A stretch of DNA of 45,458 nt from Candidatus Berkelbacteria bacterium. Its GTDB lineage: Bacteria > Patescibacteriota > UBA1384 > VFKW01. The notes under the pieces were generated by a model. That model was not told the DNA's origin and ran no database searches. It worked only from the letters and a program-made list of their open reading frames with translations. The stretch is from the NCBI GenBank assembly GCA_009885355.1, contig VFKW01000035.1, positions 1-45,458 on the forward strand. The letters are read 5' to 3'. Positions 13,509 to 23,091 of this stretch are shown here, piece after piece (position 1 is the first letter of the stretch; each line of letters starts with the position of its first letter). A program made the translations under genes and the position numbers.

Positions 13509-15041
13509 ATGATAATAAAACTGCGCAAACATAAATTCATATTTCTCCATACTGGTAAGGTGTTGGCGGGAGCTTTTTTAATTGCTTTAACGATTTTTTC
13601 CTATACTTTTGGCAAGAGTATTTCTCCAAAAAATAATACCCCTTCCATTCAAAAAAAGAATTATGTAAAAATAACACCAACCCCAACCCCAGTTCAAGTT
13701 GCTGCAATTCAAGAAGCCATAAAAAAAGATCCTTCCCAATCCCCGGTTGTTCCCAAAAAAGCCATTGCCAATAAAAAATCTTTTACCGGCAAGACAACTA
13801 CCAATTCCGATGGCACCAAAACAACCAGCGGGGGAGAAGGCGGCAGCTCTCCGGAATTAAATAGTTTATCCCCAAGCGGTGTCAACAACCCTTTAAATAT
13901 TAAAATTGAGGATAAAACCGGAAGCTATCCTTTGCTTATTACTCCGCTCAAAGATTATCTCAATACCTTGAAATGGTCCACCGAAATTGCCACCCTCGCT
14001 GACATTGAGATCGTTGACGTCGGCGACACCGGCTGGGCTGGCCAATATTCTTTTTCATATAATCAAAACCAATCCGGTCAAGTCACCTCTCTGGTCGGCC
14101 TCATCAAGCTCAATGTTTTTTACAGTAAAGATAAATCATATTTTACCGACTATATGAAACTCGTTTTATCCCATGAATACGGCCATCACTACACTCAGTA
14201 TTATAAATTATTCAAATGGAAACTGCTTTCCGGTACTCGTTTTCCCGATCAATATTACGCCATCAGGCCTCTGACCAAAGTCACAACTACTTTTGATTAT
14301 TCTCTCAATTGGGAAAATTGCGATGCCGAGATCATCGCCGAAGACTACTCCTATATATATTCCGGCTATAGTTATCATGGCATGAGCGAAAAATACGGTT
14401 ATCCAGCCTCTCCAGCCATCTCCAATTGGCTCGCCAATGACCTGCCAGGTGGACCAGGCGCTTCTCCAGTGGTTCCAGTAGTTACTCCGACTGATAATCC
14501 TCCGACGATCAATATCACCTCGCCTGTGGATAACTCAACCGTTTCTAGTAATATTACGATCCAAGCTACCGCCAGCGATGACCATGCTGTCTCAAAAGTC
14601 GCCTTTTATATCGGAGATATTCGTATTTTGGAAAAAACCTCCATCCCTTACGAAGCTACTTTCAATTCCGGTGCCTATGATAATATTTCGTATTCTATCC
14701 GTGCCATCGCCACCGATGACGCCAATCATTCAACCACCGCTACTATTAATTTAACTTTCAATAACATCAAACCGATCATCACCATCAACAGTCCCAACAA
14801 CGATCCATATACCTGGACCACCGGCGATCTCACCATCGACACCTCTGCCCAAAGCGAAAACAGCGTATCAAAAATCGAAATTTATATAAATGATCAATTA
14901 GGTATCACCAGAAATACAGATCATCTTGCAGCAGTCTGGTCATCATCAGGTGTTTCCGCCGGAACTTATGATATTAAAATAAAAGCTTACGATCAAAATG
15001 GAAATATCGGTACAAAAACATTTAAAGTCATCAAACAATAG
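13509..15041 (+). CDS. Membrane-anchored surface zinc metallopeptidase with two C-terminal Ig-like domains
   Basis: N-terminal TM, low-complexity linker, HEYGHH with downstream EIIAED, and repeats of PTINITSP...ASDD..VSKV.FY. Confidence 0.75.
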   Translation: MIIKLRKHKFIFLHTGKVLAGAFLIALTIFSYTFGKSISPKNNTPSIQKKNYVKITPTPTPVQVAAIQEAIKKDPSQSPVVPKKAIANKKSFTGKTTTNSDGTKTTSGGEGGSSPELNSLSPSGVNNPLNIKIEDKTGSYPLLITPLKDYLNTLKWSTEIATLADIEIVDVGDTGWAGQYSFSYNQNQSGQVTSLVGLIKLNVFYSKDKSYFTDYMKLVLSHEYGHHYTQYYKLFKWKLLSGTRFPDQYYAIRPLTKVTTTFDYSLNWENCDAEIIAEDYSYIYSGYSYHGMSEKYGYPASPAISNWLANDLPGGPGASPVVPVVTPTDNPPTINITSPVDNSTVSSNITIQATASDDHAVSKVAFYIGDIRILEKTSIPYEATFNSGAYDNISYSIRAIATDDANHSTTATINLTFNNIKPIITINSPNNDPYTWTTGDLTIDTSAQSENSVSKIEIYINDQLGITRNTDHLAAVWSSSGVSAGTYDIKIKAYDQNGNIGTKTFKVIKQ

Positions 15042-15049
15042 GAGAAAAA

Positions 15050-15535
15050 ATGAATAGCTATATTTTTAAGACCAATCTTCACAAGGCCTCAATAAAAGTA
15101 AATATAAATTCATTCATGATCGGCGGATTATTTTTCGTTTTAACTATGATCTGGTCCACTGATGCTGATCACATTACCCCTCTAATTACCAGTGAAATTC
15201 TACTAGCTATCCCTTTGCTTTTCGCCTCCAGTCTTGCCTATATCAAAGTTGCCGAAAAAGAAGAGACAAAAGCTTGGGATACATTTGGTTGGATCGCAAA
15301 TACTCTCGGCAATACATTAGTCTTCAATATTATTGGTTTAATGGCCGCCGCCATCAACGGACGTCCCGCCGCCGTCATGTTCTTTTTTTCTTTTATGTTT
15401 ATCATGCTCATTTATACCATCATAAATATTTTAGAAAACAAAAACCTTATCGGCCAGCGCATCTTCAAATATGCCTTTCTAATTATCATCATTATCCTCG
15501 GCGGCCTGATCCCAGCCTACATAATCACCGGCTGA
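15050..15535 (+). CDS. Hypothetical multi-pass membrane protein
   Basis: About five hydrophobic segments and an AGGAG RBS. Starts 8 bp after the peptidase gene. Confidence 0.65.
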   Translation: MNSYIFKTNLHKASIKVNINSFMIGGLFFVLTMIWSTDADHITPLITSEILLAIPLLFASSLAYIKVAEKEETKAWDTFGWIANTLGNTLVFNIIGLMAAAINGRPAAVMFFFSFMFIMLIYTIINILENKNLIGQRIFKYAFLIIIIILGGLIPAYIITG

Positions 15536-15616
15536 TCATTTCTCAAAATCAAATAGTGTATAATGAATTTGTAAACTGCTTTATTATATAAGTTTATTTA
15601 TTTTTACATTAGGGTT

Positions 15617-15820
15617 AATACCTCGCAGCTTACGGCGTGCGAATATCCCCCTCCAGTTGTCATTCCGGTTTCTGGCATGTCATTCCAGCGCAGGCTGGAA
15701 TCCAGGAAGCCTTATGTCTGGATCCCGGATATTCTCTCCATTTGTCGAGATAAACTTGTGCCACCCGCTTCCGGGATGACGATATGGGGCATGATACTCC
15801 ATCAGCTTGCTGAGGGTTAG
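15617..15820. repeat. Composite REP-like palindromic element
   Basis: GC-rich patch with GTCATTCC twice, a TTCCAGC-GCAG-GCTGGAA hairpin and CTGGATCCCGGA...TCCGGGATGAC. Flanked by CAGCTT-containing units. Confidence 0.6.
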
Positions 15821-15835
15821 TTTATTGAGGTTATT

Positions 15836-16306
15836 ATGCTGCATGAACTATTAAATAAAAAAGCGCCATCTTTCACTCTTTTATCCAGTGAAAAACATCC
15901 AATCTCACTGAAAGATTTTAAAAATCAATTTTTAGTTGTCTATTTTTACCCAAAAGACGAAACAAGTGGTTGTACTATTGAGGCACAAGCGTTTAAAAAT
16001 AATTTTTTTCAGTTTCAAGACCTGGATATAAATCTCATTGGCATTAGCCCGGATGATCCTAAACGTCATTGTGAATTTATTGAGCATTACGATCTTCCGT
16101 TCCCGCTTTTGAGTGATCTTGATCATCAAGCGGCCGTCAGTTTTGGAGTCTGGGTCCAAAAAACTATGTATGGAAAAACTTACTGGGGCATTGAACGTAC
16201 CACTTTTATCATCGACAAAGAGGGGATCATTCGCGATATCATCGATCACATCAAGCCAAACGAACACCCAGAAAAAGCCCTCGAATCAGTCAAGAAGATA
16301 ATATAA
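15836..16306 (+). CDS. bcp: Peroxiredoxin, BCP/PrxQ family
   Basis: YFYPKDETSGCTIEA, GISPD and ERTTFIIDKEG. Confidence 0.92.
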   Translation: MLHELLNKKAPSFTLLSSEKHPISLKDFKNQFLVVYFYPKDETSGCTIEAQAFKNNFFQFQDLDINLIGISPDDPKRHCEFIEHYDLPFPLLSDLDHQAAVSFGVWVQKTMYGKTYWGIERTTFIIDKEGIIRDIIDHIKPNEHPEKALESVKKII

Positions 16307-16369
16307 ATATAAAAGCTCACGTAGTGAGCATCAATATTTTTGCATTTTTAGATTTGCTTTTTGCATTTT

Positions 16370-17521
16370 TTAGTATTTATTATTTTCAAAATACTTATTA
16401 TATTGCTCAGCGCTTTTATTTATAGAAAATTTATTCTTTGCCATCAAATATGAATTATGGCCAAAATCCCTCGCTTTTTCCGGGTTATTTCTCAAAAAAT
16501 CAACTTTTGCGATCATTTGTATCAGATTTTGTACCAAAAATCCATTTTTTCCGGTTTCGATGCAATCTTCTGCCAGCCCGATCGGAAATGAAATAATCGC
16601 CATCCCGCTTGCCATCGCTTGCATAATCGGTAAATTTCGAGTTTCATATCTAGCTGTTTGTAAATATATTTGCCCCTTGTGAAAAATGTGTTTTAAATGT
16701 TCCGTGCTTGGATTTTCGATCACCATTGCCCCGCGTTTTTGAAATAATATCCGGTATGCCGGATCATTTGTATTTAAAATTACCAGTTTTTGCAGTTCTC
16801 GGATACGCTGAAAGGTCTCCATGATTCTATCAATTCCCTGCGCCATAAAATCAGACAATCCGTAATGCAAATCAGCATAATAAACTAAAAGTGGTTTTTC
16901 CGGATCAAACATAGCAGTCATTCTTTCACATTCCTTGCAGCTTTGGTCATGCTGAAACCAGTCTTCGTTTAATCCATACGGAAGCACCGTCACCCTGCTA
17001 GCCGGCATATCGTAATATCGAAGTAGATCTTCTTTTGCATTGCGGTTCGGTACAACAATTGAGAAATTTGTTCGGCAAATCGTCTCTTGCGCTTCTTTTA
17101 TCAATCTATAATATTCTTCTTTTGAATGATCAAAATTAACCCCGAGGATTTTCGCTTCTTCCAAATGTTTTTTCAAGGCCAATATTTCCTCGCCATATTC
17201 CGGCCGGTCGATCGTTCTTTTTAATGCATCTGCGATATAAGTAAAGTTCACAATATGCTTGCTTTGGCTGTCCAAAAAAGGCAGACTGTTCATCGGCGAT
17301 CCGTAAATGATCCGAGCTTTAGAAATATCTTGCCAATATTTTGATAGCGAAAATGCCCGACAAATAGGCCCCAAAAAATCTAGCTGATCCCAGCCGTCAG
17401 TGACCGGATTAAATGCTTCAATTTCCAACCCCCGCTCATGTAATCTCGGGATTAGGTCGTTATGAAATTGATTGTAATCAGCGCCGTCAACGGCTGATTC
17501 TTGCAACAAGGAAAGTTGCAC
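16370..17521 (-). CDS. Glycosyltransferase family 4 (GT-B)
   Basis: C-terminal YETRNLPIMQAMASGMAII...NGFLV. Confidence 0.8.
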   Translation of the reverse strand: MQLSLLQESAVDGADYNQFHNDLIPRLHERGLEIEAFNPVTDGWDQLDFLGPICRAFSLSKYWQDISKARIIYGSPMNSLPFLDSQSKHIVNFTYIADALKRTIDRPEYGEEILALKKHLEEAKILGVNFDHSKEEYYRLIKEAQETICRTNFSIVVPNRNAKEDLLRYYDMPASRVTVLPYGLNEDWFQHDQSCKECERMTAMFDPEKPLLVYYADLHYGLSDFMAQGIDRIMETFQRIRELQKLVILNTNDPAYRILFQKRGAMVIENPSTEHLKHIFHKGQIYLQTARYETRNLPIMQAMASGMAIISFPIGLAEDCIETGKNGFLVQNLIQMIAKVDFLRNNPEKARDFGHNSYLMAKNKFSINKSAEQYNKYFENNKY

Positions 17522-17581
17522 ATTTCCTCCCAGCTAATAGGTTACTATTCTTAGGCGTCAGCCGCCCTTCTTTTGTCCCTA

Positions 17582-17609
17582 ACTACTAACTACGAACTAC
17601 TATCTACTA
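17582..17609. repeat. ACTACTA heptamer array right after the rpoD stop
   Basis: ACTACTA-ACTACGA-ACTACTA-TCTACTA, the same family as 9076-9103. Confidence 0.6.
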
Positions 17610-17611
17610 TG

Positions 17612-18703
17612 TTATTTTTGTAAATAATCTTTCAATCGGCTGCTGTCTTCGTGTTTTTTCAATTTTTGCAGTGCTTTTGCCTCGATCTGTCGGATACGTT
17701 CACGCGTCACGCCGAATTCTTTGCCCACTTCTTCTAGTGTGTGAGTTTTACCGTCTTCCAGCCCAAATCTCATCTTTAAAATTCTTTGTTCGCGAGGTGA
17801 TAAATAACGTAAAAATTCTGTAATATGGCCTTTGAGCAATTGATAAATCGCCGATTCCTCAGGCGACATACTGTCTTTGTCTTCCAAAAAGTCGCCCAAG
17901 CGGGAATCTTCTTCTTCGCCAACCGGTGCTTCCAATGATACTGTTTCTTGGGAAATTTTCAAGATATTTTCCACTTTATCAATCTCGATGCCCATCTCCG
18001 CAGCGATCTCTTCTGGTAATGGTTCGCGGCCCAAATCTTGTACCAGTTGTCGTTGGACTCTGATCAATCGGTTGATTGTTTCAACCATATGCACAGGAAT
18101 ACGGATTGTTCTAGCTTGGTCGGCAATCGCTCTGGTGATCGCTTGTCGGATCCACCAGGTCGCATAAGTTGAGAATTTAAAACCTTTATGATAATCAAAT
18201 TTTTCAACCGCCCTTAAAAGTCCGGTATTGCCTTCTTGGATCAAATCCAAAAGTGACAATCCGCGCCCGATGTATTTTTTAGCAATCGATACTACCAAAC
18301 GCAAATTTGCCTCAGCCAATTTCTTTTTGGCTGTCTCATCACCTTGCACGATTCTCTTGGCCAATTTGATCTCTTCTTCACTATTTAATAGTGAGATTCG
18401 GCCGATTTCCCTCAGATACATTCGAACAGAATCATCCGAAATATCTGAAACTTCCGGCAATTTTTCTTTTTTTTCTTGACCTGGAATTTCCAAAAGTCTT
18501 TTTGGCTCGCGTATTTCAATTCCTTGTCGGTTTATATATTCATAAAAAGCATCTACCGTTGCGACATCTTCTTCCGCATCGGGCATTGCTTGTTCGATTT
18601 CCTGATATGTCACAAAACTATGCGCTTTGCCTTTATCGAGCAACGCTTGTAATGCTTCTGGGAAATCCAGTTCTATTTCTTGTTTAATTATCTTTTTCGC
18701 CAT
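17612..18703 (-). CDS. rpoD: Primary sigma factor
   Basis: [40 protein letters not shown] and [26 protein letters not shown] before ATG 18703. Confidence 0.97.
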   Translation of the reverse strand: MAKKIIKQEIELDFPEALQALLDKGKAHSFVTYQEIEQAMPDAEEDVATVDAFYEYINRQGIEIREPKRLLEIPGQEKKEKLPEVSDISDDSVRMYLREIGRISLLNSEEEIKLAKRIVQGDETAKKKLAEANLRLVVSIAKKYIGRGLSLLDLIQEGNTGLLRAVEKFDYHKGFKFSTYATWWIRQAITRAIADQARTIRIPVHMVETINRLIRVQRQLVQDLGREPLPEEIAAEMGIEIDKVENILKISQETVSLEAPVGEEEDSRLGDFLEDKDSMSPEESAIYQLLKGHITEFLRYLSPREQRILKMRFGLEDGKTHTLEEVGKEFGVTRERIRQIEAKALQKLKKHEDSSRLKDYLQK

Positions 18704-20489
18704 TTTTAATACCTCCTGCACTCTGGAGAAATGTTTGCAATTGAGAAAGGAGCTCTTTCACTTTCTTTCTATCACCTGATTCTTCAGCTTCGCCGATTGC
18801 TCGGGCAAAGTCAAGTTTTTGGTTTTCGTGATAGTTTAAGCTTAGATGTTCCAAGGTCTGATTTATTGCAGATTCAATTGTCGCATTATCTTCGCCGGCC
18901 TCCAGCTCGTTTTTTGGATTCATCGAGCTGTCTATTATTTTTTTCAAAATCTCTTGATCAGCCTCATTTAAATTTTTGCGAAGATAGGAAATTAATTCTT
19001 TTTGAACATTTTCAGAAATAATAACAGCCTCATTATACCAGATTTTTATCATCTTTACAATTGTAATGTATGTATTGGTGAAATGTTTTTCATTAATTTT
19101 CCCGATAAATTCTTTTCCAAGCCCCGGGTTATTGATCAATTGTCCAATCAGTTCTCCTTGCAGGTCCAATTTTTCAATCTTTTTTATCTCCTCGCCAACT
19201 GGTTCACTCGGCTTTTTTGATGCATATTTATCTTGCTTGATCGATCCTTTTAAAATCTCGACAGTTACTGACAATCTATTGGCCAATTTTTGCAAATAAT
19301 GTTGCTTTTCCACACTGTCAGCAATTTGATTAATAATCGGCAGCAATTTTGCCGCAATCTGTTTTTTTTGTGTCCCGTTCAAAGACATTTCATCTCCAAC
19401 CATCGAAAATGCCCGATCAAAATGCCATTGCACAGCCGGAATCGCCTTTTTGATCAGCTCAGGCCACATTTGGGGTACTTTTTCGATCACTTCTCCCGCG
19501 TCTTTGAACTCGGCCGGCAGCACGCAGACATCGGCTGTATAATTTTCCCGCAGGCAAATTTCGATCACTTTTTCCGTCGCCTTTTGGCCCGCCTCGTCAT
19601 TATCAAACGCCAAAACAAAGCGCTGCGCATAGCGATACATTATCCTAAAATGATCTTCCGTCACCGCTGTTCCTGACGAAGCGACCACATTTTCCACTCC
19701 CGCTTGGTGCGAAGCGATCACATCCATCTGCCCCTCGACAAAGATGATTGAGCCTTTTTGACGAATCGCCATTTTGGCATTATTTAGTCCATACAAGGCG
19801 CGGCTTTTATGAAATAAAGCAGTCTCAGCCGTATTTAAATATTTTGGTCCCGGTCCGTCGGGAAATTCCCGTCCGGTAAATGCAATTGTCGTCCCCATCG
19901 GATCTGCAATTGGAAACATAATTCGCTTATAAAATCGTTCCGGCTTTCCAGCTGCCGCAATCTCTGATTCCCGAAATCCGCGCTTGACCAGAAAATCTCC
20001 CAAACCTCGTTTTTCCGGCGCAAATCCAATTCTGAACTTTCGGATCATCTCCTCAGAAATGCCTCTTTTTTTCAAATACTCCAGCGCCCCTTTGCCAAGC
20101 TCGTGATTGAGTAAAATCGTTTGAAAATATTTACTGGCCAGTTCATTTATATTGAGCAGTCTATTTTTGTCGTCTTTTTTCTCTTGTGTCGGCTCAAATT
20201 TATCTTCGATTTTGACCCCGGATCGATCGGCCAAAAACCTGATCGCCTCTGGGAAATTCAATCCTTCCATCTTTATTACAAAGCCGAAAATATCTCCCCC
20301 CTCATTGCATCCAAAGCATTTATAGATCTGTTTTTCCGGTGAGATCATAAACGAGCCGGTTCTTTCTTCGTGAAAAGGGCAAAGCGCTTTAAAATTCGCG
20401 CCCGCTTTTCTCATCGTCACATAATTTGAAATCAGATCGACAATATCCACTCGCCGTCTGATTTCCTCCAATTCTTGCTCACTCGCCAT
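18684..20489 (-). CDS. dnaG: DNA primase
   Basis: CPFH..CFGC zinc finger, PKYLNT, TOPRIM motifs EGQMDV and AFDND. dnaG-rpoD synteny. Confidence 0.97.
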   Translation of the reverse strand: MASEQELEEIRRRVDIVDLISNYVTMRKAGANFKALCPFHEERTGSFMISPEKQIYKCFGCNEGGDIFGFVIKMEGLNFPEAIRFLADRSGVKIEDKFEPTQEKKDDKNRLLNINELASKYFQTILLNHELGKGALEYLKKRGISEEMIRKFRIGFAPEKRGLGDFLVKRGFRESEIAAAGKPERFYKRIMFPIADPMGTTIAFTGREFPDGPGPKYLNTAETALFHKSRALYGLNNAKMAIRQKGSIIFVEGQMDVIASHQAGVENVVASSGTAVTEDHFRIMYRYAQRFVLAFDNDEAGQKATEKVIEICLRENYTADVCVLPAEFKDAGEVIEKVPQMWPELIKKAIPAVQWHFDRAFSMVGDEMSLNGTQKKQIAAKLLPIINQIADSVEKQHYLQKLANRLSVTVEILKGSIKQDKYASKKPSEPVGEEIKKIEKLDLQGELIGQLINNPGLGKEFIGKINEKHFTNTYITIVKMIKIWYNEAVIISENVQKELISYLRKNLNEADQEILKKIIDSSMNPKNELEAGEDNATIESAINQTLEHLSLNYHENQKLDFARAIGEAEESGDRKKVKELLSQLQTFLQSAGGIKNGEKDN

Positions 20490-20561
20490 AATCTCCTTGA
20501 AAAATTCTTCCGTTTCAGATATAATGTAAACGTTCTAGGTAAAAAAAGCAATAACTAAATA

Positions 20562-20627
20562 TGTCATCCTGGGCTTGTCTTCGATACAACTCAGACCCTG
20601 AGCTTAGTCGAACGGGATCCGGGATCT
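20562..20627. repeat. REP-like palindromic element upstream of the GIY-YIG gene
   Basis: GTCATCCTGGGCTTG..CTTCGATAC.ACTCAG-ACC-CTGAG..AGTCGAA..GATCCGGGATCT. Confidence 0.55.
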
Positions 20628-20696
20628 ACCCGCGTCAGCGTGATGTATCATATAAAAGCCGCCTAGATACAAAATGTAACTTTAAGGTTGGATATT

Positions 20697-20963
20697 ATGC
20701 ATTATGTCTATATCCTAAAAAGTGAAAAAGTGAAGCGCTTCTACGTCGGTTATACGATCGATTTAAAACGAAGAATCCTCGAGCACAACGACGGCAATAC
20801 TAGATCAACCAGACCTTTTCGCCCTTGGAAAATGATTTATTGGGAGCAGTTCGACAGTAAAAGCGAAGCCTACAAACGCGAATGGCACCTAAAACACGCC
20901 AAAGGCCGCAAAGAAAAACTGGAAATTATAGATAAGTATGCAGATCATCCCTTAAGTGCCTAG
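20697..20963 (+). CDS. Small GIY-YIG nuclease
   Basis: YVYILKS...FYVGYT.DL.RR..EHN and EAYKRE..LK. Confidence 0.9.
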   Translation: MHYVYILKSEKVKRFYVGYTIDLKRRILEHNDGNTRSTRPFRPWKMIYWEQFDSKSEAYKREWHLKHAKGRKEKLEIIDKYADHPLSA

Positions 20964-20979
20964 CAATTATCCTTCGAGC

Positions 20980-20999
20980 CCTGCCTGCCGGCAGGCAGG
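20980..20999. repeat. Perfect 20-bp palindrome
   Basis: CCTGCCTGCCGGCAGGCAGG, nested within CTTCGA...TCGAGAAG. Small CCCC/GGGG hairpins follow at 21041-21062. Confidence 0.75.
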
Positions 21000-21088
21000 T
21001 TGTCGAGAAGTATCAAAAGCTTAATACTTGATGCAAAATACCCCGAAGGGGCCCCATTGGGGCTTAATACAGCGGCGAAGTCGCTTAT

Positions 21089-21172
21089 GGAGGAGTCGGA
21101 TAGTGGCTAATTCCACGCGCTTGGAAAGCGCGCGAGTGAAAGCTCACGTGGGTTCGAATCCCACCTCCTCCG
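21089..21172 (+). tRNA. tRNA-Ser(GGA)
   Basis: Acceptor stem GGAGGAG/CTCCTCC, anticodon arm CGCGC-TTGGAAA-GCGCG, long variable arm, T arm GTGGG-TTCGAAT-CCCAC and G discriminator. CCA is not encoded. Confidence 0.95.
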
Positions 21173-21234
21173 CACGAAGCAGTTTGGAACCTTTTGCAGG
21201 TTCGAATCTGTATATAATAGAAGTCACAAAGACG

Positions 21235-21260
21235 AAAAAGGCCGCTTAAGGCTCTTTTTG
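21235..21260 (+). terminator. Probable intrinsic terminator after the tRNA
   Basis: AAAAAGGCC-GCTTAA-GGCTCTTTTT. Confidence 0.5.
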
Positions 21261-21391
21261 GTGCTATTTAGGCTAGTTTTAAGACGACTAGGAACGGGAC
21301 TGGAACCGTGTTTTTAACCTTATAATTTTGAATACTTTGGTACTTTTTTGCTAAATCGCCTTAAATTCGACAAAAAAAGAAGGCCTTCTCA

Positions 21392-21552
21392 TCGTCATTC
21401 TGTTCGTCATTTACATAGTCAATTTTCATCTTACGTGGCGAGTATCGTCCGAGCCACGCCTCAGCCGAAGAATCTTCCCCACCTTATCGTCATCCCAAAA
21501 CCGGATGGCATCCGATATTCCGCAGGTACTCGGCAGGGTGTGAGGATCCAGC
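21392..21552. repeat. REP-like palindromic cluster
   Basis: GTCATTCTG...GAAGAATCT, CGTGGC.../GCCACG and GTCATCCC...GAGGATCCAG, similar in style to the 15.7 kb and 20.6 kb elements. Confidence 0.45.
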
Positions 21553-21568
21553 TATAATGTCTTTTAGC

Positions 21569-22927
21569 TTACTCTTTTATTGAAATAGTACGATTTTCTA
21601 GATAAAGCGTTGTGTTCAAACAATTAATCAGTTCGTGTTTTTGAGTTCTTGACCCCTTTTGAAAAATGTAATTGATGAAATCTGTTATGTCGACATCAGT
21701 TTTAATTACTGATGTCGCATTATTTAGATTATTCATCGCCGTTTTTATGACCATAAATTTATCTAATTCAGGCTTAAGTGTAGCCTTGGTTTCTATTTCT
21801 TCAATTGACACCTTTTGGAGTAAGTTTATTAATTGCTCAGTGAGTTTTTCTTCCCGAATATATGGTTCTCGGCAATCAAAATCCTTGAATTGCGAACAAT
21901 GGTAATAAACATATCTCTTAAGTTCACCGCTTTTATACCTTTTAAACTTCTCTTGAGCGGTTATGCCGGAGCCACAAGCGCCACATTTTAGTAATTTTGT
22001 GAAGGCAAATTCTTTCGTACCAGGCTTAGATTTACGCGGAATCATCATTTTCTTTTGAACAAGTTCGAATAACTCACGTGAAATTATTGCTTCATGGGAT
22101 CCGGGGTACCATTTACCACTATACTCAAATATTCCGCAATAATAGAGATTATTAAGCATCCGATAAATCATGCTGAGTGTGTATACTTTGCCACTTTTAG
22201 AGCGGAAGGTAGTTTCATTTTTGAACCAATCGTAAAGATTTCGACCAGAAAAACCTTCATAAGCAACTTTTTCGAAAGCCTGCTTGATGAATGGGGCTCG
22301 CTCTTTGTCTGTAAATACCTGCTTCTGGCCCTTGCCTGAATAATAGTCATTTAAATATCCCAGTGGCGCTTGATTTGGTCGATATCCGAGTTCACATTTA
22401 GTTTTCATTCCTCGCTTGACGTTTATGCCTCGATTATCATTCTCAAGCTTCGCTTGTGAACATAAAATCATAAGAAGAAATTTGTCATTTGGCGAATTTG
22501 TGAGCGCTTGACCATGAGCTCTTATCTCCTTTAAATATCCACTATCCATAAGATCAACGATTGAACCAAGATCTCCTGCATTTCGGCTCAATCTATCTGG
22601 AGCCCATGTTAGAATTCCTTGAAAAACCCCTTTTCTAATATCTTGAATCATCTGATTAAAGACGGGTCGAGCGCTAGAATTTTTAGCTGAATGACTTTCT
22701 CTTCGAATATCAGTGACATTTAAATCCTCGCTTTGTGCCACAATTGTCATCTCCTTAATCTGTGAATCGATCGATAATGCCTGTCTTTCATCATCTTCAC
22801 TCGATTTGCGTGCATAAAGGCAATAATTGACGACTTTGGCTCGAACTTCTGGCTTGTAAGGATTTACCAGTGATCCATTAATATTCTGGGGTAAAACCAG
22901 CGGGCTAGTATTGGTCAAATTTGACAT
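21569..22927 (-). CDS. Large serine recombinase (resolvase + recombinase + Zn ribbon)
   Basis: Catalytic YARKSSE, DRLSRN, APLGY, HEAIIS and CGACG...YYHC...C. Confidence 0.92.
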   Translation of the reverse strand: MSNLTNTSPLVLPQNINGSLVNPYKPEVRAKVVNYCLYARKSSEDDERQALSIDSQIKEMTIVAQSEDLNVTDIRRESHSAKNSSARPVFNQMIQDIRKGVFQGILTWAPDRLSRNAGDLGSIVDLMDSGYLKEIRAHGQALTNSPNDKFLLMILCSQAKLENDNRGINVKRGMKTKCELGYRPNQAPLGYLNDYYSGKGQKQVFTDKERAPFIKQAFEKVAYEGFSGRNLYDWFKNETTFRSKSGKVYTLSMIYRMLNNLYYCGIFEYSGKWYPGSHEAIISRELFELVQKKMMIPRKSKPGTKEFAFTKLLKCGACGSGITAQEKFKRYKSGELKRYVYYHCSQFKDFDCREPYIREEKLTEQLINLLQKVSIEEIETKATLKPELDKFMVIKTAMNNLNNATSVIKTDVDITDFINYIFQKGSRTQKHELINCLNTTLYLENRTISIKE

Positions 22928-23091
22928 GATCCCTCCCTTTTAAGGTTAAATTGATCCTTGCGTAGGGTGCATCATACCGCCCTGGTTTATTAAGTCCAGA
23001 CCTAATATATCTGAACTTAAAAATAAGGTTTACCTAGCCCTTCTGAAGTGATATGATACAGGTGTAATTTAGTAATCAATGAGGACTATTT

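Noticed and set aside
15050..15535. Membrane protein as the missing subunit a (atpB)
   Set aside because: It is too short, lies on the opposite strand 6 kb away, and has no RLFGN-like essential Arg motif.
21028..21557. Small ORFs 21028..21249 and 21348..21557
   Set aside because: They overlap the tRNA and palindromic repeats and have no protein-like features.
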